Part shown: positions 26,551 through 37,101 of the stretch, in pieces | Numbering within the stretch: position 1 is the first letter of the stretch | How the letters are laid out: each line of letters begins with the position of its first letter | Assembly (NCBI RefSeq): GCF_902459465.1 | Contig: NC_047067.1 | Location: forward strand, 5,456,001 to 5,520,000 | Source: Asterias rubens | Taxonomy: Eukaryota | Length of the DNA stretch: 64,000 nucleotides | Direction: 5' to 3' | The notes under the pieces: generated by a model | Told to the model about the DNA's origin: nothing | The model's database searches: none | Seen by the model: only the letters and a program-made list of their open reading frames with translations | Translations under genes and position numbers: made by a program

Positions 26551-27236
26551 ATCAGGCACTGAAAATATAAGTCAGATTGTTAATTTGAGGTTTGTTTGTG
26601 GGAAAGAACAGAAATAGAACAAAACACATACCAGCCCCAATACGGCTGCATAACAATGAACAGACATCCAGTCTGCCCAGTCAATTTACGCCCATTGCTT
26701 CTTAAATTGTTTACAGACAACTTCTGCGAAAAATTACAACGCATAACAACACCATGAGTAAAACCACAGAATTTAATTTAATCCACTCAATTGTGGGTTC
26801 TTACAACTGTTTCAAGTCAATATACAACAAATGTCAAGTCTTTTTAAAAACCAATTCAAGCTAACAAAGGTTGACAACAGAAGTCAACGGCATGGACTCA
26901 CAATCCAGCACCAAGAAAAATACATTGTATCTTAAGGGTACTAGATGTAGAGTTTTTGTCCCTGTTGTTCATCAAATGGTGGAGAACAAATCAAATTACA
27001 GGACAATTTCAGTAAGTTAAAAAATGTCATCCAGTGTTACCGATTGCCCTTAGACATGAGTGGAAGGTGACCTGAAATTATCTGTTTTGAATTCCCCTTG
27101 TGGGCAAAGCCAAATTGGCGAATTAGTGGGTTGTTTCTTGCAGGTGCAAGGTCGCGATGTGTGGGGAGTGTCGGGTTCCGGGCAAATGACTATTTCTTTT
27201 TTTATTCGTGAGACACCTGGGGTATTTATAGGACCC

Positions 27237-27732
27237 TTAAAGGCACTGGACACTATTGATGTTTACTCAAAACAATTACTAGCATACAAATTTCCTTGGT
27301 AGCGAGCAATGGAGAGCTGTTGATAGTATAGAACATTGTGAGAAGCGGCTCCCTCTGTAGTTTTTGAGAAAGAGGTAAATTCTCATTCAAATAATGAAAC
27401 CTTTTATTATGCATCTAAAGGCACAGAAAGTATAACAAGGGTGACCAATTGCCTGGACACGTTTAGTAACTGTCAAAGATCAGCACTTGGTGTATCCTAA
27501 CTGTGAATATTTGGGCTCAATTGGTTATCGAAGTTGCGAGGCCTGCGGTCTTTTAATTGTAATTGAGTGAGAAATTACTTCTTTCTAAAAAAAAATACGT
27601 TACTTCAGAGGGAGCCTTTTCTCACAATGTTTGTATCTATCAAGAGTTTTCCACTGCTCGTAACCCGAGGTAAGTTTTTATGCAAACAATTATTTTTTAG
27701 TAATTACCAATAAACGTGCTCAGTACCTTTAA
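27237..27732. mobile_element. Family A-related composite or degenerate copy
   Basis: Left TIR at 27237; forward half followed by a reverse half; ends CCTTTAA. Confidence 0.7.
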
Positions 27733-28168
27733 GCGAACTGATTGATAGCATTTCCTTGGCGGTACATAATATCATAAACAAAACCAAAATATCGTTGATT
27801 TATAATGTGGTTGTAATATAATAACATAAATAATTTTTGAAGATTCGAAAACCTCATGTTACGAAGAACCAGTGTTGCCGCAATTCTTCACAGTTTGGAT
27901 TGTTTCTCAAATCAAAGACACATGTCTCGCCATGGGTAGAAGAAATAACTTCTTTCAAAATACAAAACGTCAGTCTGCCGTCACGACGTGGTCCTTGCAC
28001 CGAATTAAATCATATAAATACTTGATGTGTGTATTTATAGCTGCAATGCTCCATGGTTCCAGCAATCGACTGGAATAGTTTAGGCTTGAGGCTTGTATAT
28101 GCATTGACGAGGAATTCCCTTCATACTTTGAAGCAAAGTGACATTTAAAACAATATTATGGTTTGCTC

Positions 28169-28602
28169 TTAAAGGGGAGGTTTACGTTTGATAATCACTC
28201 CTAAAATTAATGCAAATAAAAACTTACTTAGTTAGAAGTTTACAGTGTCTTTCGATAGTATGAAGCAATTTTAGAATCATTTAAAGTAACGTTGTTGTGG
28301 AAAAAATCTTTTATCCCCCGAAATTTAAAAAGTTTTTATCCCCCGAAATTTAAATTTTAGAAACCGTCGGAAGCGTTTCTCAGCTTGTGTATGGATTATT
28401 CTTCCTGCATGCGTGGACACAACCGCTCCAGATTTTCGAATAATCAGTTTTGGAACTTTTGAATACCTCACTAAAACCACTTTCCTTTGAAGAGAATCGT
28501 TTCTCAAAATGGGTTTATACATTATCAATAGCTGCAGTGCTTTTTACCAGGTCAGATTTCATGGTAAAATATTTGGAGTAATTGCCAAAGGTGTACCTTT
28601 AA
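28169..28602 (+). mobile_element. TTAA-flanked MITE (TTAAAGGGGAGGTTT), diverged family
   Basis: Related degenerate copies near 1040-1245, 58748-59130 and 63220-63460. Confidence 0.65.
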
Positions 28603-31600
28603 TGACGCTGCCACAGCGTTGAAACATGAATATCTTCACTTTGTTGGTGACAAGAACTCTTGTCATCCAAACCAGATGTCTCTGCTCCCTTGGGTCATAA
28701 AAAAAAACGTTCACGAGCGCAATATTTGATGTCAAGAACTGACAGATTTATGCACTAAGCCTTAAACATTACAACCGTGTTTCCGGCACTGAACCAAGAC
28801 CTATCGGTGTATGTTTTGAACTCTAACTCAAATGTCACCGATGTGTAATGACATTGTTGATGCGATACTAGAACACGATCTTGTTTTAATAGTGGAACTG
28901 GAAGACCACCATTTTGTTTTCTTTCTGATCAAGCAAGATAGCAAAACTGAGGCTTGGAGGAAAATAGTCTGGTACTTTTTTTCTGAAATGAGAATAGTTA
29001 TCATTGTGGAGTTAGGATATCTGACATTAAGACGGCAGAGCGATGACACAGACCCAATTTTCACTGAGCTGATTACGCCCAACAAATAGCTGAGAATAAC
29101 AACAATTCTGCTTACCAGATCAGGACCAGCTAAAATATCATATCACATTGTGCCATTTGTGATGGGTATCATGCTTATATGCTTTTAAGCAGAGGAATTT
29201 AAAAGCAAAATCATAAGCAGCTCTGTGAAATGCAGCCATGGTCTATTTCAAAATGCAAATGTTTGAACGTAATGAATCGCTCATATTAAAGAACAGTCAA
29301 TCTTTTGATGATAAATTAAGAAAAGCAGCATCAAATCAAATCCACAATATTCCCAAAGCTAAATTAGAACCATCTCTTTACACGTCCGTTGAAAAAGAGC
29401 AATATAATAGGCATAGAATTCAAGTTGAGTTTCACGGCGTATTTGTAAGCCTCGAAAATCCCCCCAAAATGGAGACCCGTGAAACTCTGACCTCATCCCC
29501 CACCAGAACTAATCCTCGCACAGCCACATGCAAGAATTATTATTATTGATTTATGGCATAATATCTAGGGGCCAATAAAATGTGCATGTTCATTATGATA
29601 ATGAATTTCTTAGAATGTGTTCCACCGTATGGTTGTACCAATTGGGGGGTAAATTACGCTGGCGTATACTGTGTGTTACAACGTCTGGCGAGCGTCAATA
29701 TTCCAACGTCGGTTTTTCGGTAAAACCGCTCTCAGAATAATCGACAATATTAAACTTTTATACATAGACTTTTATCAAGGTGATTTGTGAATCAACGTTT
29801 ATTTCCCCTTCAATTCAACCAAATTGAGTAAGGTAAAAATAGTCTGGCCCCTTGTTGGCATAATTAATATCAGTACTCGGTTATTGCTGTGGCAAATATT
29901 AGGGATATCTTTACCATATTGTTATCTAACTTTGTTTGTTCTAATGTTTGTAAGGTGCCAACGTTCATTTACTTCCGTCTGGAACCGTTTCATCGCGCCG
30001 TTTAAGAACAGAAGGTATACCTATTAGCACAACTTAAAGAAGGTTACCAGCAAAAGTACAATTTCACAAATGCTGCTGGTTTTCGCTCGGCAGAAAAAAA
30101 AGCCTCCTGCACACATTCATAACAGAGATTTTCGAAATTATAACCACAGCTGGATGGACGTAATTGAACGAGAAACGAAAAGGTTCCTTATTATTTGAAT
30201 TTCAAAGCTGTATAACTTTTACTATAAAGTTTTGCTGAGTTACCATTAAGGGCTAATAGACGTCTCCGGGTGCAGAAATAATGACCACAGTTGCTGAATG
30301 CCAGGATATTGTGATTGTAACAAGCCGCACAAAGGCCCAGGTTGTTGGATTTATTTTCTGCCTGGGAGAAAGCCGAAGGCTGACATGACTTTTGACAGTG
30401 GAATAAAAGGGGAACCACAAACTGTCAGTTTATTAACAACTGAATTGGCTATTCATGTTGGTGGTTGCGGTCGGGTCCCCCGCCTTCACGTGCCTTTTTG
30501 AGGTACGTGATTATTGATTCAAACCGAGGAACCGGATTGGCGACTTTACGAAACAAGGTAAACAAAATGGCCGCCGCTGTTTTACAATGAACCTGCGCCG
30601 TAGATACCAAAAAAGTACACGTCATAGCCGTGAACCCAATGGAGACCGCGTGCCCTTTAAATACACACTGACGCCACGAGTCATATCATAAGTAGCACGT
30701 GCATGAGGCCGCGTTGAATCGTGTAAACTCCAACTACTTCAAATGAAATCTTGGCAAAAAGGGGGAATCAATTTTGCATTTTTCGAATTTACCCACAGGT
30801 CTACGTACACAAATCAGACATAATACAGCGTGATTGCAACCACTGGCTAAATTATATTTTGCTTCGGTCATTGCATGGGGTGAAACTAATGAGCTCACGG
30901 AAAAAGACGTGGAACAGGGAAATAGGAATGAGGCCACGTATGCTATGAGAGAATTGGTTTTATTTTGAATGCTTAACCTATAAAGTGGTTCCCTCCAACC
31001 ATCACAGCAAGCTATCTCGTTAATGGTGCATGAAGTCCGACCATGGAGGTAGATATACCCGACCGTCCTTCGCTCCGTACCTCCCCGGGTCGGGTTGCCC
31101 TCGCCGAGCAACGGAAGGCCGACTTATCGATGTTGGGTTATATGAGCTAATTACATCGCTGAGTTATGGACCAGAATATACGTGTGCCGCAGCCCGTGCT
31201 CCAGTTCGCATTTGCAAATGAGCGGGAGGGCTGTTAATATAAGCCCCCGGTTTTTGACGCTGAAGAGTTCATGGGCAAAGCGCCAAAACTCTCCTCAAGA
31301 GTGTCATGAACGCTAATTCACCAGGGAATGTGTTAAAGGGAGATCACGCTGCATGTTATGGAATTACTAAAACAACTAAAAACAACAAAATACCTTTCCA
31401 TTGAGTATCACCGATTTTAGGTAAATTTGAAGGACTGATACTTTACGGAGGTGAAGGTGATTGCCTTGATATAGCGCGTGCGCACTAGCGTTTTGGTTGG
31501 CAAAATGAGGGAACATCTCGCTGTTTTGTACACGGCTAATGGGTGAGTGACGCAGACGCGATTGCGCGTCTGCTTAGTGCACAACTCTATGGCGTTAGCC

Positions 31601-31822
31601 AACCAACAGGGTCTGTACGCATGCGTGAATGTAATTAGCATATTTCATGGGAAGGGTCCATTGAATTGCCCCAGTAGAAATTACCAGTCTCCCCCATAAT
31701 AGAATGCCCTAGAAAATGCCTTGGTGTCGTTGCCCTTTCAAAACCGAAGCACACAGGCCCGAATTCGACAATAGAATTTAGTGTAGGCTATATTATTATA
31801 GTAATTACAGTTCTTTTATGTA

Positions 31823-32014
31823 CACTGTAAAAACAAATCCGTAAAATGTACGGTGCTTTACCTGGCAGCTAGGGTGCCAGGTAAAGTGCAGTAAATTTCA
31901 CAGTGGAAGTTTTGCAAACTACCCCTTCAAGGCACATTAATTACAAAACTTCCACTGTGAATTTTACTGCACTTTACCTGGCACCGTAAATTTTACGGAT
32001 TTGTGTCTACAGTG
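31823..32014. mobile_element. CACTG-terminal fold-back MITE (EnSpm-like)
   Basis: CACTGTAAAAACAAATCCGTAAAA...TTTTACGGATTTGTGTCTACAGTG. Confidence 0.75.
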
Positions 32015-33302
32015 GGAGCCTTGTATCATGTTTCAGTCACCCCTTAAATCGAACCTAATCAAATGTTTATTTGCTAGCATGTAGCAAGAATAATCGCTTT
32101 TTAAGATAGTGGCCAAAATGTAACATTGTAAAACGCTGGCATGTCTCTACTCCACGTTTTTCAGCGTCAGAAATTGTACTCGTTTTGATCCAGGACACAA
32201 AGAACTAACTCAATTTATTATGTACCCATTCAAACCGACGACAAAAATCAACACACAACACAAACCTCTAAACCGAGATTAAATTCAGAGTAAGAAAGAT
32301 CGAGAGAAAATAAAACCCAAGTACAATTTCCACCGCACCGCCGCGTTCACTCAAACATTTGAATGGCAAACCCAAGTGTCAAAATCATGGTATCGTTCAC
32401 AAAGTCAGTTCATGGCACTGTGCACTATTTATACGGTCGAACGCCCAGAGGCGCCTAAACTAATCGGCTTGATATTTATCACAATATTTTCAGGCAATGT
32501 AATCGATGCTGACTTGTGCGTTATGCACAGTTTATTATAGCATCCAGTTCAGCCATGCCTATATGAAACTAAATACACGAGTAGGAAGTGCATGATGATA
32601 TTATTATTCGCCGGTGGTTTTTTAATTTTAGGCTGGATTTGTAAAATTTGCGATTTGAGGTTCCGTTTCTTTTAGGTCTATGTGCCTAATGTGCACGGTA
32701 TGGATTTAAAAAAGGACCCGATTAAGTAAGATTTTGAGCTTTGCATTGTGTAGGATGTAACGATCTGTTTTCCGGAAAAAACAACCACTGCATAAAATGA
32801 AGCAAAGGGCAGTCGAGACTCTGTTTATGGTATCTCAAGTCGGGTTTCTCAGAGCCAAAACTTCTTCCCACCCATTAATAAGAAAGTGTAGAATTTGGCG
32901 GCAATGCCAGCTGAAAATGCTTTATTTATTTTAAATATATGTTTAAGACGGAATATAACTCTGATCGAATAGCCAGTCGAATTATTTACAAGAAATCTCA
33001 TATTTATTTGCCCTTAGTCACTTATGATTGTTTGTTTGTTTATTTATTTTGTCTTAAATGAAATCAAAAATCCTTCTCACGATGTAGCCGTATTCGTGTT
33101 TTAGCGGGACACCTGACCCAAAATGTAATTGTTTTATTTGCAATCTAAGTCAGAGCTAGGGTTTAATTGGGGCTACATTAAGGGTTTGTCAACATCATAA
33201 CAGTGGTAGTGTTAAATGAAGGTCACGTTCAAAAGTTAATATCTGTTATCTCGTTTGCACTCACATAACGCAGGTCAAATATTGTTGTATCCGTCCAGTG
33301 TG

Positions 33303-33676
33303 TTAAAGGCAGTGGACACTATTGGTAATTAGGCCTACTCAAAATAATTATTAGCATAAAACCTTACTTGGTAATGAGTAACGGGGAGAGGTTGATAGTA
33401 TAAAACGTTGTGAGAAACGGCTCTCTCTGAATTAATGTAGTTTTCGAGAAAGAATTAATTTCCAAAGAATTTCATTTCGAGACCTCAGAATTAGATTTTG
33501 AGGTCTCGAAATCAAGCATCTGAAAGCACACAACTTCGTGTGACAAGGGTGTTTTTTCTTTCATTGTTATCTCGCAACTTCGACGACCAATTGAGCTCAA
33601 ATTTTCGCAGGGTTGTTATTTTATGCATATGTCGAGATACACCAAGTGAGAAGACTGGTGGGTCCAGTGTCTTTAA
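33303..33676 (+). mobile_element. MITE family A
   Basis: Left TIR and full internal sequence; right end CCAGTGTCTTTAA. Confidence 0.88.
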
Positions 33677-35237
33677 GTTATGTTTGGCTTAGTGATATAT
33701 CTTTTTACATACTGTGAGACTCCTTTGTGGTAATTTGCCATCTTTTAGTATGCTTATTAATTTTTTTTTATTATATATATATTTTTTTAGAATGGTTCAT
33801 CTCGTACTAAGCTGCACTGCACTTGTCAATTAAAATAAACAGCACAAAAAACGGCACGGTACATTATACAACAATCCATCAGTGTTTGAAAAGATGGATG
33901 ACAATTGAAGATCACAGTCCACTGATATATTATATTCAACGAATCAATCCAATTATAATTTATGTGAGTTCAAAACATAACATTTGTTTATTCAGATAAT
34001 GGTACCATTAGTTAAGGATGCATGTACCCCGCCAGACAAATTAAGTTACAACTAAACAACAATAGTCACAAATGCAATTACAGAATGTTCTACCTTAAGG
34101 CAGTGCAAGTAAAATGCGCCATAATTAACGTTGCTTTAAAAAAGCTACACACGGCATGCCTCTATTCTACCCCAACGTTTACAAAGGACCCTGTCTACAC
34201 CGTCGACTCCGATTGTATTAATTTATTTTAGTAATTACATATCTCGATGTGACGGCAAATTTATGGCTGTTCATCTATTTTGAGAGGTAAATTTATAGCA
34301 TGAATACGAGAAGTAGAGGTATGGACCTTAACTGTAAAGTCGCAGTAAATAGCGCCAGAGAGTGAAGTACCTAAAGGCAATGCTGTACGATCAATTCCAT
34401 GTCCTTAATTACTAAGTCAATACCCGTTAGAAAACTAGCAAGAGACGACAGCGTGCTTGATATTCGGCGGCTATTTTACCTGTTTGGCTTTGTTGTGTCA
34501 TCCATGGTTTGTTTTAGTTTGTAAATGAAATGGATGACTTTTACATTGTTGGTTTTGCTGGTTGCTTATTGTTTGCTTTGAGAATGTTGATTATTTGCTT
34601 TGAGGGTGTTAAAGTTATACATTTTAGTAAATGTAGTGTGTAGTTTAAAAATCTGTGGCAGCAGCACTAAATGCAAGGCAGATATCACAGTGATATAACG
34701 TCAACCGAAACCATAAGCTGATGACAAAAATAAAACATCTGAACAAAATAATATTGTTGGTAGATGAACTAATCAATTATGAAAGTTGTTTTACAGAATC
34801 AAGAAGAGTGTATCCCTTTGAGCTATCCACAGTAGCACATTGACATATTAAGTAGTTGGTGAGAAGTGTCCGTTCACTTCATAAACATTCAACAAATTCG
34901 TGGAAATTGACTGAAAGCTGCTATAATTTAAAGCAGCAGATTTTTCCTATATTCATTTCAGTATCGACCGCTCACGGCATTGAACTTTCAATTTCAGAGA
35001 AGTCGTGTGTGAAACAGCCGTAGGGTAGACACAGAGACTCGTTAAGTGAAAAAAAAAGGAGAGAGAGAGACACCGTTAGGTTTGATGGAAGTGTGGGGGG
35101 GGGATCTAGCGGGCATGACGGTCGTGGTCATACGGGGGTGAAATCCATATCGAACGGCCTGGTTCCGGTTGCCACTTGGTGCATCCGGTCCGAAAGGCTA
35201 CGTTGACACTGATCACTTGTAATGTAGAAAAATGCAT

Positions 35238-35612
35238 GCGCGCAGTTTGCGCCATCTTGAAATGGATTGTCAAATTCAAATTGAGAGGAAATCGGCGAGG
35301 AGGATGGCAAAATGCATTTCGTCTAAAAAGAAAATGGCGTTTGACACAATCACTTTAATTGTGGAAATTGCCGTACGCAGCTTGCGCAATCTTGGAGTGA
35401 ATTTTAATTCAAACTGTAAAGAACTCGGCGAGGATGGGAACATTTCGTCAAAAAACAAAATGGTGTTTTACACCGATAAATTGTAATGTGGAAATTCATG
35501 CGTAGTTTGCGCAATCTTAGAATGGATGGTCAGTTCAAATTGAGAAGAAATCGGCGAGGAGGATTGCAAAGGCATTGCGTCCAGAAAAACAAAATGGCGT
35601 TTAGTGACGTCA
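35238..35612. repeat. Triplicated module of about 130 bp upstream of the ColQ-like gene
   Basis: Three copies of GCAGTTTGCGC(C/A)ATCTT..TCAAA..TCGGCGAGGA..AAAATGG(C/T)GTTT. Confidence 0.85.
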
Positions 35613-36154
35613 TTGAAATGCACATAGTCTTAAGTTGCTGATAACGTGCACATTATTTTTTTTTACAATATCCAATTTGACAGGGGATGCAAACAATTAT
35701 GTTGAGTAGCCTGCAACAACAGAAAATGTAATATACACAACACAGGTTCGTGTCGGGTCTCGTCCGGTAATTTATGATTCCGTCCGGGCACAGGAGCCGT
35801 TGAAGAGCCCGTCGTGGGGAAAGTTTCTTTCGTCAACCGCAGTGCACTCCCGCCGTCGCTCGCAACCCGAGCTGATTTCGGAGAATGAGTGGCCGGGATG
35901 GCTTACAAGATCACATAACACATTTGGCTAATTAGAACCGAGGTTTTCTTTGAAAGAATATATCATCTTTTTTTTCCTGTGCAGTGTGATTACTCAACAT
36001 TATCATTTTCCCGGGGACTGGCTGGATGGAGGCTTTTAAGGGTCGTGCGTTCAGGCACCACCGGAACTGAACGTCTCATATACTAGGCCTATATTATTTT
36101 GAAAAGAAGATTAACTTGTTTTGTTTCAATCATAAAAGTTGCTGAAATTTACTC

Positions 36155-36510
36155 TTCAAGGCACTGGACACTATTGTAACTCAAACTAATTGTTAGCATA
36201 AAAAAATACCTGGTAACAAGCTATGTAGAGAGCTGTTGATAATATAAAACAATGTGAGAAACTGCTCCCTCTGAACGTAGTTTTTGATAAAGAGGTTATT
36301 TCACACTCAAATACCACAGACCGGAAGCTCGTTTTAGGCATCTGAAAGCACACAAATTTGTGAGACAAGGGTGTTTATTCTTTCATTATTCTCTTGCAAC
36401 TTCGATGACCGATAATGAGTAAAAATTTTCACAGATTTGTTATTTTATGCATACATGTATTTTGGGATACACCAAGTGAGAATAGGCCTACTGTTTTTTG
36501 ACAATTGCCG
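36155..36510 (+). mobile_element. Family A-related degenerate copy
   Basis: GGCACTGGACACTATTG start and shared internal motifs. Confidence 0.7.
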
Positions 36511-37010
36511 AAGCTGTCGTGCTCGTATACGTAATATTGATCTTAATCTGTATTTTCTTGACAATCGGACTTAATCTCTGACACATTCTGAGTTGTTTCC
36601 TGACAGGCATGGTTCTAATGGACTGCTTCAATCATTCCAAAGAATAGAAGTTGACTAATGCTCATCCAAGTTAGAATTTTTTTTTTTTAAGATGAGCATT
36701 ACTTCAGTTACAGAAACTGAGCGTATTGCCGCCAAAGTTTTTGACTTGTCGTTTTTGTTCATGTGGCGGCAATACACTTCCGTACAAAAGCACGCACCCA
36801 TGTGATCATTGTTTAACCTCTATCACAACGACGTGATCTAGACTGGGACTAAAGACATGCAGAAAACTATCAAACGTATACTTTTTTCTAACACAAATCT
36901 CGTCACTCTTTTACCAGTGGAATCAGGTTTTCAAGCAGTTGTTTTACTTCTTTTCTTCTTTCAGTTGCCGTACCCAACATTGAAATGTAAAATCTGACGG
37001 TGCTTCCAAA

Positions 37011-37101
37011 ATGCATGGAGGACACACGTGCCTCATTGGAGTGTTGATTTTAACCACTTGCCTGCGCTGGTCGCACGGCCAAGCAACCCAACCGTCCAAA
37101 G
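37011..37101 (+). CDS. COLQ: ColQ-like coding exon 1 (signal peptide)
   Basis: [30 protein letters not shown]. Acceptor TTCTTTCAG ends at 36964; donor G|GTACGT; phase 1. Confidence 0.8.

Noticed and set aside
28828-29089. Overlapping 85-aa ORFs on both strands; the minus one is faintly like a GPCR tail
   Set aside because: No diagnostic motif, no upstream transmembrane-coding sequence and no supporting exon structure.
34504-34562. Signal-peptide-like MKWMTFTLLVLLVAYCLL as an alternative ColQ-like start
   Set aside because: It ends in a stop codon with no usable donor, and T-rich sequence mimics hydrophobic codons.
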